The position numbers and the translations under genes are program-made. Shown here in pieces: positions 11,477 to 24,380 of a stretch of DNA of 64,000 nucleotides. The DNA lies in the NCBI GenBank assembly GCA_010093745.1, contig MU005965.1, forward strand, positions 1 through 64,000. Direction: 5' to 3'. The DNA is from Piedraia hortae CBS 480.64 (Eukaryota). Below the pieces are notes generated by a model, which worked only from the letters and a program-made list of their open reading frames with translations, searched no databases and was not told where the DNA came from. Position 1 is the stretch's first letter. The number at the start of each line of letters is the position of its first letter.

Positions 11477-11999
11477 CTAGTACTTAGTCGTGGGCGTCCT
11501 GAGGGTTATGCCGTCCCGCGATGTCCTAGACTGCTTCCTGAGCTGAGACCAGAGTCAGAAGGTAGACCGGCGCGGCGACTTTGATCGAGGGTGTAGACAA
11601 ATCTTCTTGCCGATGGCGGGACTTGTAGTGAGGTTTGGGTACTTCAGAGTAACATTTTTGTCAGAGCTATGGGCCAAAATAATTGCCGGCCTTGCGGAAT
11701 TCAAGCGGCCACAGGAAGTCTCTAACCTGACACACCAAGGAAAATAGCGACATAGCTCCTGGACAATTGTCTATACAGCACTTTAAAAGTACACCCATGC
11801 CGTGCCCATCGGTATTGGTTACAGTGTTTTCACTTCTTTGGAAGGTGCTTCTCGGCGAGCCGGTCCAACTTAACATGCGGATTTGAAGTTGTACTTGTGT
11901 CATCTTTCAAGAAACGATAAAACACTGAAAAAGCCTCCAAAGATCAGCTGTCCGAATGTCGCGTCTGGTTCCGGTGCTCCATACGAATGCACTTCCATC

Positions 12000-12300
12000 C
12001 CAGTTTTCTCGCGCTATATACCACGTCCAGAGACGAAATTATATTCATTTGATAGCGCGTTCGGAACGCTCTCAAATTGTATCATTTCAAGTTTATATAA
12101 TTGATAAGATGCAAGCAGTAGTTTCGATAGGTAAATAACCCTAAGATCTGGGACAATTTCTTGGAGCACTGTACAACTAGACAGACCGATGCTTCTTAAG
12201 CCAGCAAAAATGCGATTAGGACGACACGACGATGTCGACGTACCGGCGTGTGGGTGTACGAACAATATTCTCTTCTTGCTACTACTCCCCACGCCGCTCC
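12000..12300 (+). mobile_element. Possible PIF/Harbinger transposase N-terminal remnant
   Basis: Fragmentary SFDSAFGTLSN...RQTDAS...RLGRHDDV across frames loosely resembles the Harbinger HTH region. Confidence 0.3.
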
Positions 12301-13526
12301 GTAAGTATCCACAAAAGCGAACTAAAAGCGCGTGAAGGGCAAAACTTGTACCTCCGTCCCACAGGTCTCTCATATCACCAATACTTAACTCTCGTTTAGT
12401 CGAAATGGCAAGCGTTTGTAATTTGATTCGTGGGGGATTAATTAGGGAAGTCTTGCTAGTCCCATCTGATCGTCCCCTGGCATTTATCAGCTTTACAGCC
12501 TTTGGGGAGATCGCCCCGGTCGGCCTTTCAAGGTGATAGGACTGACTCACTTGAAAGCTCCGAGTTTGGGGACATCTTGCAGTGAGAGTCTAATGATGTT
12601 TGGGGGTTTATCGCATGTGGCTTGACGGAGCTGCGTTGAACCTAATTTGCGTTAATTTCGGTGAGAGAAGCGGGCATGGACAACGTTAGGAGATTGAAGT
12701 TGCTCATCGCGAGTGGCTTGTATGCGTATTGGGCAAATGAAGGAGCTTGGGCAAATGAAGGAGCTTGGGCAACTGAGCAAGACGAGGAGCTAGAAGGGTC
12801 GTTTGGTTCCGAAAGAGTATGCTTGATGGAAATCATTAAATCATATCCATCGGTGAAGCATAAGCGGGCGGTTAGTCGCCCTGATCGAGTCTCCTGGAAC
12901 GCTATGCTTGCTTGATTCTCCGGTCACGATTGGTGGCACGTATGAGTGGCTGCTGCTCAACACCAAAACGTAGACTGGTTCATCCAGGTGAACATTCTCC
13001 AACCACACGCGGTCCAAATCGCGCCGCAATAGTTTCTATGAGCCCCATATATGCCACATCGGCGCTGGAACTGTCCCGTTAAGTGATGGGGGCTGAGTGG
13101 AATTCTTGACATTAACATACAAGCATGATCTGCAAAAACAAAGTGGAAAGTTGAGAAAGCATTTTCTTCTGAAGCGAAATAATCTCTGGAGTGATTTACG
13201 TGCTAAAGAACGTGGAGTTACCCCCTCTTATATAAGTTGAGGATGTCAGTATGAGCAAGCAGTCAGGATCCCAGTGCAGTTCGATCCCGCCGTTGGCGTA
13301 TCAACATTATCGCAGGCTGTCAAAGCCAGGTACCCAGCACCATCGGAGACAAGCGTTGAAGTCTATCTGGCCTGCTCTTAATAGGGTCACCATAACTACT
13401 GATTTTGTTCTGAATCTATCCTTGTGGCTGTAGTGTACGCTATTCTCCCACTCGGGTTCCCACCTGAGTACGCTGAAGTGTACTGCCTAGGGCGAGAATG
13501 AACGAACCCCTAACATATGCAAAACG

Positions 13527-14070
13527 TCAGACGTTACACACCCCCTTGGCAGCAGGCGTGGAGGCTAATGCTGGACCTTTGTAAGCTTGTTCATACATCT
13601 TGTCTATTGGATAGTTTAGGTGGTCGGTGTCATCAACGTAGTAGAAGACAATCAGTCGACCATCTGTGTACAGACACTCGACTCCTGGCACATGCATCAA
13701 CGCATGAAGCTTCATTTCTGTGATCAACGTGGCTTGCCATATGTTGCCTGATCCTTTGCAGCCATAGAGTGCGCGCTTCTGCCGCAATAGACGATTGTGG
13801 TGGCGATGGCCATCCCGGGAGTGTACTAAGAACGAGACCGGTAGCTGGGCGTCCAGGAAAGCATTTACAGCGTCCATCTGCTCGTCCTCCGGATCAAATT
13901 TGGTCGTGATAGCGGTTAAAGCGTGGAAGACGCGAGCTGCCAGGGTTGCGTCATAAATGTCATGCTCCGTTGCCTGAAGGTCACCGCGGCCACAGACGAA
14001 CTTTAAGTTTGACTAAATGGCCTTCGACAAAGACTTTACTGCGACCTTTGTTGGCGAAGACCCATTTCAG
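13527..14070 (-). mobile_element. Ty1/Copia reverse transcriptase remnant
   Basis: KWVF, RGDLQ, QMDAVNAFL, RALYG, VFYYVDD motifs; frameshifted. Confidence 0.92.
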
Positions 14071-14088
14071 GGTTTCGATGGTAAGTTA

Positions 14089-14380
14089 CTAGTTGATTGT
14101 GCTCGCGAAGGGTCTGATCGGAAATGTCTTGCGCGTGATAATCCAGCGCAGCTCACCTTCATTGCTCGATATCTTCGTGTGGTATAGAATTTCGTGTTTG
14201 TTATTGAATTCACCTAAAGATTCGACTGTAGGGTGCAAGTGCGCGATCAATAACTTCGTGACGTTGCAGAGCACTCTTCTCGGGTAAAGGTTCCGCATCA
14301 GTATAACAGGTGTCGCGACTTTCAAGCTAAGATGGGATGGAGGCAGGGACGAAGCTAAGCTGGCAAGAAATTCTGTTGCC
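14089..14380 (-). mobile_element. Helitron Pif1-like helicase remnant (C-terminal piece)
   Basis: LPPSHLSLKVATPVILMRNL...LCNVTKL...RKTFPIRPFASTIN matches Pif1 LPPH.L.LKVG.PVMLLRNL..LCNGTRL..RRQFP...FAMTIN. Confidence 0.85.
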
Positions 14381-14523
14381 TGTTGTGCAGGTCGCCACGG
14401 AGCGATCCGCAGGTGATGACCCACATCCCTGACCAGGGTTCGAGTACTCAGAGATTTTCTTGTGTAGCTCTAGATACGCGTGTATACTGACACACCTGTG
14501 AGGTGCCGCTGCTTATTAGAACA
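14381..14523. mobile_element. Solo LTR, family F copy 1 (143 bp)
   Basis: tgtt...aaca ends, perfect TSD ttgcc; interrupts the Helitron remnant. Confidence 0.85.
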
Positions 14524-14686
14524 TTGCCAATTCGTGGATAAATCGCCGGCCCGGGCCACTGCCCTGGCAAATGAAATCCAGCAACAGTTTAGCACATTCA
14601 TCAAGAGACTGCCAGTCTGTCATGGTGCTTTATTTCAGAGTTTGTCTTCTTGACATCCATATTATAGCCTCGCAAAAGACTGTGAA

Positions 14687-14829
14687 TGTTCCGATAAGCA
14701 GCGGCACCTCATATGTGTGTCAGTATATACGCGTATCTAGAGCTACACAAGAGAATTTCCGAGTACTCGAACCCTGGTCAGGGATGTGGGTCATCACCTG
14801 CGGATCGCTCCGTGGCAACCTGCATAACA
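14687..14829. mobile_element. Solo LTR, family F copy 2, inverted relative to copy 1
   Basis: Near-identical reverse complement of 14381-14523; TSD degraded or absent (gtgaa/ggaaa). Confidence 0.8.
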
Positions 14830-15229
14830 GGAAAACTGAAGTTGCTCACATTAGCCAAAACGCCGTAAGATGTCGTGGTTTGTATCGCGGTCGAGGGTAT
14901 CCAGGATTGCTTCGTGTTGATTGTCTCAACGTTGCATGCAGTTGTTGTTGGGTCCATGGTTACGAGGGTGGTGTTCTTTGAAAATGAAAGTCTAGGCTAA
15001 ATGGTATGCCAAGTGAGGCAAAGACGGTCGTGCCTGACTGGTCGAGGCACAGCTAAGTCACAGACTGTTTTGGGCTCATGACTAACCGATAACGCCATGG
15101 AAGCAGTTGGAAAGAGCGAGTCCCTAGCGGTTGGCAGTGCACCCACTGGTGAGACATAGAGCGATGACTAAATAAGAATCGGTAATCCCCAGGATCAGGA
15201 TCTGAGTGGATCTTCACAGTTCTCAGATT

Positions 15230-15480
15230 TTTGCCCCTGCATCATCGCTATCTGCTGAGTCACCCGCATGAAGGTACTGGGCCCCACCGTCACCAGATCC
15301 ATGACCAATTCGTTAGTGTCTGCGATTGTGTCGTTATGCGGGTCGAGAATGGCTCGCGTGTCGGATATTATCGTCGGCAGCTAAATTGACCAGTGAAGCG
15401 ACCGACCGTACGACACCTGCCTGATTCATCGAGCCTACGACTAGTTCGCTGCCCTTTGCAATAGCCTCAATCCTCAATTA
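15230..15480 (-). mobile_element. Helitron Pif1-like helicase remnant (upstream piece)
   Basis: TRAILDPHNDTIADTNELVMDL matches the Pif1 RAILAPxNxxVxxIN motif and is collinear with the 14089 piece. Confidence 0.65.
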
Positions 15481-15531
15481 GCTTGAACTTTGTAGGTTAG
15501 ACCCAGGGAGTAACAGCGGATCTGCTAGAAC

Positions 15532-16010
15532 ATGATGGGCAAGCGGGTTAACTTTGCCGCCCACACCGTCATGTGCCCGGATCTCAATAGCCGTATTTTC
15601 CCTCAAATTGACCTATCCAGATCCCGTAACACAGTGGAACGTTGGATCTGCAGGAAGCTGTGCGAGATGGTCCGCTCAAATAGCGTGGTGCGGTTGCCGT
15701 TGAGGAGAATGGGCAGGTAATCCGTCTTGGAGGCAAAACCGCCGATGAGTAGCTAATATTGGTAGTTAATCATCTTGCGCCGTGTGTAGGTGTGCGTGGT
15801 ATACGGCCCCAAAAGATCTATCGACACCCAAATAACGGGGACATTGTCATTATGAAGAGACAGCCGACGCCACACAAGCCTACAATGATGTGCCATCGAG
15901 CGCGAGTGCTTCCAAGGCAGGAGACGCTGCGAATACCCCACGCCAAATGCAAAACATACAATTCTGATTTTGACGGTGACGAGATGAACCTCCACTTTCT
16001 AAATCAGGCT
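15532..16010 (+). pseudogene. RPA190: Fragment of RNA polymerase I largest subunit (active-site region), decayed
   Basis: MMGKRVNFAA, NGDIVIMKRQPTPHKPTMMCHRARVL, YNSDFDGDEMNLHF (NADFDGD motif); stops and frameshifts. MMGKRVN and HKPSMM-type motifs point to Pol I. Confidence 0.88.
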
Positions 16011-17291
16011 TCGGTTTAATGATTTCGTCCCAAGTTCTCGATCAATTGTCCGGTTTTGACAAGGTCGGTGGTAAACTTAGCAGTTTCATCAAATGTAACG
16101 TCCTGAGTCCGCAAAATGCGATCTTTCGTGTATGCAGCAGGTAACTTGTTACAGAAACTGGCACTCATTTTCAGTTATATATCATTGAGATGATGTCGAG
16201 GGATTCGGGGTAGTCGAAGGTGTCAGAATGTTCAGACATCGCGCTTGGGTAGTGGAAGTTTCGGCGAGTTTCGTGTAGCTGGTCTTCCACTTTAGAATCA
16301 GATAAGGTCAGATTTTTGATCGAAACTAGCTGCTTTTTCCGTATCATCCTTCCGGCCAATATCAGATAGCTCGGAAAGCTAGGTGAGTAGACCGATCTGC
16401 TGAGAGTAGCTGTGATTATCAGTGGTAATGATCCAACATGGCCCATTTTGAGCGTTGCGAGGTCCATAGCTTAACCGAACTTATGCGGCTCTTCAAGCAG
16501 TCCAAACTAGGCCAGAAGATCCCTTAGAACTCGGTCTCTGCTTGTCTGTGATCGTCTTTTCCGTATCATGAATGGAGGGTTGGGGTTCGGTTGATTCGAT
16601 CAGGATACTCTGTCTGCACATCATATCAAAGATCCGATTGGGCCATTAAAACGCAGTTTGCGGCAAATAGTACGACATCAAGTGATACCATCCATTTGCT
16701 GCAACTGGGAATGGAAAGCGGTATCGACCGTTACATCTTGGCCGATTCTGTCCTCCCGCAAGCAATAAGACCGAGGGCCTCGGTCAGTTAACAGCCCATA
16801 AACCTTCGAATTAATTGAATGTCGAATAGGGCAATGGGGCCTTTGTAGGTGCAAGTCAACTGGGCCTCATGCACACGCCACCAGCCTCCTGCTGTAATCA
16901 GCATTTTGCCGGACAATATTGCAGCTATGTTAGACGAGATTAGGGAAAGGTTGCTGCTCTTTCTATGTCTCGCATTCTCTTCGAGATAGGAGATTAAATA
17001 GGGCTGCCCATTGTCTTGGCGACGAATGCATGTTTGATCCACTGAGGCGGCAGCATGAGCGTATGACGAGACCACTATGGTGGTACGAAGAAACTCTGGG
17101 ATTTTTGCGACACCATTATCAAATGTGGATGCCGGGTAGAATCGCCGAGGGAGGTCAAAATTTGGTGTTCTAAATCTGCGCTAGCGTTAGCGCTGGAGAC
17201 AAACTTAACCTAAATGGGGAAGCGCTCCGGCCCGTCTGACATCACCTTAACAATCCTACTGTGACAGGACTTTTCACTACCCTGTTCAACC

Positions 17292-18972
17292 ATGGAGTTC
17301 CCTATCATCCGACGGGAAAAGGAGCCGGAAGCCACGTATACCAATGGTCCTGTTACATCCCCCCTGAGTCGTCGCATAGTTCACTCAGAAGAGCGCGATT
17401 TACCCGGTGGTGCCAATTGGACGGTGCAGAAATTTGGCGGGACGTCAGTGGGCAAAGTCGCGGTAGACATTGCAGAGAACATCGTGATGTAAGTCTTATA
17501 TTCGGCCAGACCGGCTGGCGTACTGAACATCCTCCAGTAAAGCGCTCCAGACGCAGCGAATCGCCGTTGTTTGTTCCGCTCGCAGCACTGGAACAAAGGC
17601 CGAGGGAACAACCAACCGTTTGCTTCGAGCGGCGCGTCATGCCTTCGACCCCACGTCAACCGAGTATGAATCTATTGTAGAAGCCATACAAGCGGATCAT
17701 CTCGCTGCCGGTGAAAGAGCCATTCGTAATGAAGCCATTAGGCTCAAGTACGCAGAAGAGGTAAGGCGGGAATGCGCCTATCTGAAGCGCGCCCTTGTTA
17801 GCGCTCAGTTTCTGCGCGCGGTAACCAACCAGACAACGGACATGGTCATAGGCGTTGGGGAAAAGCTGAGTTGTCAGTACATGACGGCCATTCTGCAGGA
17901 TCGTGGGGTAAAAGCTGAATATATTGATCTCAGCGAGATTGTGAACCCAAAGCTTACCAAAGTAAACGATCAGTTTTACAAAGACCTTGCCCATGTACTT
18001 GGCACTAAGATATTGTCGTTGGACAAAGACGCGGTTCCCGTCGTTACTGGCTACTTTGGTAATGTACCTGGAGGTCTCTTGGAAAAGATTGGCCGCGGTT
18101 ATACCGACCTCTGTGCAGCTTTGCTGGCCGTGGGTGTCAATGCCAGTGAGCTGCAGATCTGGAAGGAGGTCGACGGCATCTTCACTGCAGACCCTCGCAA
18201 GGTTCCCACAGCTAGACTGCTTAGTTCTGTTACGCCTTCTGAGGCTGCCGAGTTGACTTTCTATGGGTCAGAAGTCATTCATCCATTCACCATGGATCAG
18301 GTTATTAAAGCGTCTATTCCCATCCGCATTAAAAACGTCTTCAATCCACGCGGAGAAGGCACCACAGTCTTTCCGGATCCGGTGGATGACCTGCAGGTCA
18401 AACGTCCAGGTCTTTTCCGTAACCGATCTGTCTCAAGTCTGCTGGCATCTCCTATGAAATCGCCCAAGCGACCAACTGCGGTGACGATCAAACCCAACAT
18501 CATCGTCATGAACGTGCACAGTAAACGCCGCACACGAGCCCATGGTTTTCTTATGAGCATCTTCAGCACTCTAGACCGCCATGGGCTCTCTGTAGATCTG
18601 ATCTCCAGCTCGGAAGTGCACGTCTCCATGGCATTGCACTCAGAAGGTGTTCTGCTGAGTGGTCAAAATGAAGAGGAGGTCAAAATCGAGTCGGAGAACT
18701 TGAAAGCGGCTGTCGATGAGCTTGCCGCCTGGGGCGATGTTGACCTGGTAGGTGGCATGGCCATCATATCGCTTGTTGGACGTCAGCTCAGATCCATGGT
18801 GGGGATCAGTGGTCGCTTCTTCTCTGCTCTGGGAGACAACGGAATCAACATTGAGATGATCAGTCAGGGGGCAAGCGAGATCAACATCTCGTGCGTGATT
18901 GAGGAAAGAGAGGCAATTCGTGCGCTGAACGTGGTTCACACGCACCTTTTTACATTTTTGCAGGTCGATTAG
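17292..18972 (+). CDS. HOM3: Aspartokinase; intron 17489-17537
   Basis: VQKFGGTSVG, AVVCSARS, IGRGYTDL, WKEVDGIFTADPRKVP, ACT domains; spliced frame checked. Confidence 0.97.
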
Positions 18973-18974
18973 AG

Positions 18975-20966
18975 CTATCCTGATTCTTCTTCTGACTCTA
19001 CGTCGATAGTCAATGGGGGCATGTTATCGTCATCGTCAGAGTGGGCGTTGGTATTATCTTCTCCGATGGTGGCCTGACTAATTTCATTATACGGAGCAGC
19101 GGGTTTACCAGCACTTGCTGGTGCGGTTGTGTCTTGAGAAGGTGTATCACCTATAGCATCCCCCGACGAAGGTAACGGTGTGCTGACTCTCTGCACCTTT
19201 CTTATGGTAAGATCGATTTCTGGTGTGGAATCTGCAGGTCTTTTACCGTTGACTGGACTTGGAGAAAGGATCGACATCCCTCCTTGATCTGCCTCTACCC
19301 CAACCTGCCCCCCTGCTTTGGCTTCTTCGTCAATTTCCTCCTGGCCATTCATTTTTACATCATCTTGCGATGCCTCCGCATCAGATTCACTCTCCTCTTG
19401 GTCGTTTTGTAAGCCTTCGCTTGCCCCTGCCCAAACAGTTGGCAACCTAGGTCTGACCAAGGCCTCCACCTCAGGTGCATCAGGAAACTTTCTTGTCAAA
19501 ATCGTCAAAGGAGGCGTAGCTATTTTGCCACAATTCAACACGCCTGCCACAAGGCCATCTTTAACTCCCCTCACTATTGTCGTCTTCATGCAAAGCGCAT
19601 ACACACTCCTTGGTATATAATCAGGGTTAACTTTTGCAAGAAAAGTTGACAAAAAGCGCGAAGCAGCCCTATTCTTTGGACCATCACTTCTCGTATTATC
19701 CCGTATAGCATACGGGTGGTCTGTCCCCCCTTCCCTCAGGTCGTCACAACAACATTCGATGAGTTTCTTGAGCTCCCTAACCTGTGACTTGTCCAGCCCC
19801 GGTCCCCAAGTGCGTAAAAACTCGGCCAAAAAGTCATACACAGCGTTGTGAAGCGTTCCATCCTGCATCGGAAGAAGCAACACATCCTCGAATAAAGTTA
19901 TCGGCACTGCGACCCCGCATATTGGGAGGAGGGTCGTCATGACTACCACCACCTGGGCGTGAATTCGTGACATATCGAGTTCAATCTCACCACTCGGGTG
20001 TAGCAACACGATCCGGTTGAGAAGCCTGACAATAGCCCCAACTGGGAGGCTGAAACCGTCTGATCCCGTCGGCGTGAGCAGATACGTCTGTACGATCTGC
20101 AAGAGGGTGATAAGTCGGTTTGCGCCCGCTGCTGCGCCATCCCACGGCGGGAGACTTGATAATTTGCCTATAATAGGGATGCCCTGCGGGTTGAAGAGCG
20201 CATCGCATACTTCATGCGCGGATTTTATCGTCCCTTTGAGAGACTGGGACCACTTTGTTGCTGTACCTGCATCCTTTTTGGGGGCGGTGTGATAGAGGAG
20301 AACAAGTAGCTTTGTGGCGAGGGAGACGGTTTTGGAAGTGGAGTATTCGCCTGCGGCAGGAGGGAAGAGGATTTTGTTCAGAATGTCGTCCCTGATGCGG
20401 CTCTCAAAGGGTCTGAAGGTGGCACTGTGTTTCGGTAGCAGCACAATGAATGCTTCGAGGGTTGAGTTGAGCTCCAGAGCGGAAGAACTGCGCTTCTGAG
20501 TATTTGAGACGCATGTTTCGATGAACACGGGCAGAGAAGGGGTTGTTATTTCCCGTATTAGCTCTGGATGGGACCAGGTTAGGGTGAAGATTCTGCACAG
20601 TGCAAGTGTGGCGAGGGCTCTGGTTGTTGCGGGATCGCTTTGTTTCTTGAGTATTGACAGAACGTTCCTAACCCAGGCATTGTTTATCGGTGTTCTGGCT
20701 TCGATGAGGGGTTTTAGCAGAACAATACCGCTCCATCGTCCCTCAGGACTACCGTCTTGAAGAAGGCTAGATATCTGGGTGCTGATGCGGCTCACACTGA
20801 CGGTTGCACCGGCAGTTTTGTTGAGTGTTTCTGGGGCGCTGGAGAAAAGGTCCTTACAATTCCAAATTTGGTTCGAGAGGTGGGGGACTCGGCATGGAAG
20901 TTGCACTACTGGAGTCGATTGGATTTGAGACGACACTCTTTTTAATATAGCTACTGTGCCTTCCAT
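18975..20966 (-). CDS. RIX1: Pre-rRNA processing protein Rix1 (PELP1 family), intronless
   Basis: TQISSLLQ..SPEGRWSGIVLLK, LIREITTPSLPVFI, EALVRPRLP, acidic tail. Confidence 0.85.
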   Translation of the reverse strand: MEGTVAILKRVSSQIQSTPVVQLPCRVPHLSNQIWNCKDLFSSAPETLNKTAGATVSVSRISTQISSLLQDGSPEGRWSGIVLLKPLIEARTPINNAWVRNVLSILKKQSDPATTRALATLALCRIFTLTWSHPELIREITTPSLPVFIETCVSNTQKRSSSALELNSTLEAFIVLLPKHSATFRPFESRIRDDILNKILFPPAAGEYSTSKTVSLATKLLVLLYHTAPKKDAGTATKWSQSLKGTIKSAHEVCDALFNPQGIPIIGKLSSLPPWDGAAAGANRLITLLQIVQTYLLTPTGSDGFSLPVGAIVRLLNRIVLLHPSGEIELDMSRIHAQVVVVMTTLLPICGVAVPITLFEDVLLLPMQDGTLHNAVYDFLAEFLRTWGPGLDKSQVRELKKLIECCCDDLREGGTDHPYAIRDNTRSDGPKNRAASRFLSTFLAKVNPDYIPRSVYALCMKTTIVRGVKDGLVAGVLNCGKIATPPLTILTRKFPDAPEVEALVRPRLPTVWAGASEGLQNDQEESESDAEASQDDVKMNGQEEIDEEAKAGGQVGVEADQGGMSILSPSPVNGKRPADSTPEIDLTIRKVQRVSTPLPSSGDAIGDTPSQDTTAPASAGKPAAPYNEISQATIGEDNTNAHSDDDDNMPPLTIDVESEEESG

Positions 20967-21124
20967 GTTCGGACAACTTGAGGCGGAGATTTATTTTTCA
21001 ATTAATGTGAACGGATCTACCCGTTCGGGATGTCCCCGCACGGATCTATCCACGTCCCGATCAAGACTAGCGCCGTTAAGGCAACAAACGTCAAATGTCA
21101 CGAACAAGACATGAGGCTGCAGCG

Positions 21125-24100
21125 ATGAGCGCTCTGCAGAGGCTGCCAACCTCGGAGAAGGGAAAGAGATATCTGTCGCAGCTGTCTCAGGCTCTTTGTG
21201 ACGCAAGATGGAACGAAGTCTCTGAATTGGCGAGGAAAACAGAGAAACACGCGCCAGAGAGAAAATGTTTGTGCTGCTGAAGTTTAGTAGATATATTGCT
21301 CATTGATTGATCAGGTTTCACTATAGCTGCCCGGACCGAATCTCTGGTCAATTCTGCCCCAGCCAATGCCGCTGCGTCTGCTGCACTGAAAGACTCAATC
21401 TCGCAGCTGCAACATGCGATTAACGAGGCAGAGTACCCAGAAGATGTCTACTGTGCGAGGATTTGTCTAGCAGAGGTGCATTGGTCCTTGGGTGATGCTT
21501 CGGCCACCTTGGAGGAACTTCCACCAGACAGTCCACCAGAAACAAATGTGTCCGGTTTGATGAACTGGCTGGAGGCGTGCGAGGCAAAGAGGCGGTACTT
21601 AAGGGTAGCAGCTCTGGAGACATTAGGCCAGGCTGGAGAGGCTCAGGAATTATATCAGGTTGTGCCGCAAACCGTAGATACAGGTTCGATGTCATTGAGA
21701 CTAACGAATGAACGGCTGCTGGCAAGGACTTGTTTGCATCAATATGCCCTTGCCCAACCACCCACTCTCCCGGCATTGAATGCTGCTTTAATCAGCTTTC
21801 GCGCCTGGGCCAGTTTTTGGCAGCAAACAACTCCAGCTGCCGAACCCAGCCGCACAGATATTCCTCGACGGAAAGTTTGGAAGGCTTATTATCATCTTCT
21901 CTCTGTTGTGCTTCAACACCGACTCCTTTACAGCCCGTCTGGGACCCTAACTACTTCTGCACAGGGCTTCTCAGACGAACAGTTTCTGGACGCCCGAATC
22001 CGGCAACGATCGGAGCTCAAAAGCGTTGAGACTGTTTACGAGTCTCTGCTGCTCAGTGAGACACGATTTCCCAAAGCGGAACAAAGGAACCTAGAGGCAG
22101 AGGAGTGGACCGAGCTTGCAGTTGCCAATTGGAGCATCTTATGTGGTCCTCATTGGACAGATGCTGAATTGGGCGAAGGTGGAAAAGAAGCAGTTGGCCG
22201 TGGTGTTCTTGACATACTCTACCGTGCTACTACCAAAACCTTCCATTCGACTGCCATCCTAAGACGTCTATCTGCTGTCCATGCGGCCCTAGGCGATTTC
22301 GAACTAGCCAGTCATGCATTTGATAGCTATGCTGGAATTATCAATAGAGGAATGGCTCGAACAGAGAAGACTGGTAAGATCGAAGAGGGGCTTGATGATA
22401 ATGATACTGCCATTCAGATGGCGGCAGCTGCCATGTGTCTGCTTTGTGAATACGGCAACAGGGAGCAAGTGGAAAAAGCAATGGGCCTAATGCCCACCAT
22501 GGAGTCATGGTTGGACCAGGCGACCGAATACCTCCGGACCACAATAGCCGCGGCTTATAGAGCCATGGGGACCACACAGGCTTGTTGGGCACGGCTAACT
22601 TACAATGCTGATTCGAGGTTACAACTCTTCCAGCAGGCCGCCAACAATCTCAAACTAGCCTCCCAATCTGATTCGAGTGTTGCATCTGCGTATTCACTGG
22701 CCCGGGTCTTGGCAGAAACAAGGGACAGTGCTGCTGCGATTGATGTTATTGAGCAGTGCATACAACCAGAGATGAGTCGTGACCCAAGTATGCTGCCTCT
22801 GTGGCACCTGTTCATCCTCTGTCTTGTTGCCGAAGAAGAACACGAGGCTGCAGTCAAGACATGTAACCTCGTCCTAGATGAGGTTGGGCGAATCGAGGAT
22901 GATCTTCAAAAGGAGGCGGTCATACAAATTAAAATGAGTCAACTTCTCTTGATTGAGTTGATGGAAGGTCCTGAGGCCTCTGTGGACTATTGTCCTGAAC
23001 TCATGGCTCTCTATCTCCGATTGTTTGGCAAACCACAGCCACTTGGACCACAATCTCGAGCAGCGTCTGTCAATGCCACTCCGCCTTCGCGAGCCGGGAG
23101 CAGACTGCGAAGCTTGACGGACAATATCCGACCGAGATCTGTGCGGTCAGCAGGAGGTCGACGTCCAGGCAGTGCACATCCCAAAACCAGAGACAGTGAT
23201 GGATCAGGCGAGACCGTTCCCGGGTCCCAAGCAGCGGATATCGAACGGCACCATCACCACCATCTACACCTTCCCTTCCATCAATCTCGGGGTCGTAATC
23301 GCGATTCTTGGCGCCACCGTGGTTTATCGTCCAAGAGAAGCGTGGAAAATCTCAACGATGGCACCAACGGAGCGAACAAACCATCTACTTCCGACATCCA
23401 AGCTGGCGCCGTCCAGAGCAGTCTGGCGGAAGGCCCCAGTCCGCAACAACCTCTCAAGAACTATGAACATAATCACGTTTCTCCCGAAGGGCTACCCGCC
23501 CCAACTGGGCACATAGACCAACCTCCAGAACAAGACATCCGCCTCCCAGCTCCATATCCCTCGAAAACCAAACCAATGACAAAATACAACCGCTTCCAGG
23601 AACACAGTCATCACAGCAGTGTACTTATAGAAACATGGCTCTTTACAGCCCGGCTCTACCTCCGAGCGGGCCTGATAGAAGACGCTCGTGGCGCGACGGC
23701 GGAAGCCACAAGTGTCGTCACCTCACTCGAGAACGAGGTAATAAGCTTGTCGGCAAACGCACAGCATCTCTTCTCCAAAACCTGGGGTTCAGGAAGCAGC
23801 ATTGATGCCCTTTGGGCAAGCATATACACAGTTGTATGTGAACACCCTCCTCTTCCAAACCAAACCACACTAATATCCCAAACAGAACGGCGAAATTGCC
23901 CAAACCGAGGAAAACATGCCCCAAGCTGTCTCATGTTACGAAAGAGCCCTCTTCCACAGCCCTGACTACCCAGACGCAATCATCAAAATATCCGAAATCC
24001 TGCTCGACTCTTACGAGGGAACAGCAAGCGAAACCACCCCACCTACTGACTCTGTCCCCCCAGCGTGGGATGTGCAAAACCTTCGCGCAGGCTCCGCAGC

Positions 24101-24380
24101 GGGATCTACTGTTGATCCCCCTCCTCCAAACCCAGCAAAAAGCGAACCGTTCGTCTCCCTCTCGCAGGTCGCAGCGAGAGACAGGGCGTGCATGCTCCTC
24201 TCCATGCTAACAAAACTTGGTTGCGGTTGGGACTCATCAGACGCTTGGTATACTCTCGCGCGCGCGTACGAGTTGAGTGGTAGGCCCGAAAAGGCTACCC
24301 AGGCGCTCTGGTGGACTGTAAGGTTGGAAGAGTGTAAGACTCTAAGAGGTTGGTCGTGTTTGCCTGGGCGATTGGGGTAG
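21125..24380 (+). CDS. YPP1: TPR protein of the Ypp1/TTC7 (filamentation protein Rhf1) family; introns 21267-21314 and 23834-23885
   Basis: KGKRYLSQL..A.CDARWNEV.ELARK..KHAPERKC N-terminus, ILYRATTKTFHSTAILR, C-terminal LTKLGCGWDSSDAWYTLARAYE; splice frames consistent. Confidence 0.8.

Noticed and set aside
12730..12772. 18-bp tandem repeat (WANEGA x2)
   Set aside because: Only two and a bit units with no spacers; a local duplication, not CRISPR or a meaningful array.
14381..14829. Single MITE with 143-bp TIRs
   Set aside because: The left arm has its own TG...CA ends and perfect TSD (ttgcc), so two solo LTRs fit better.
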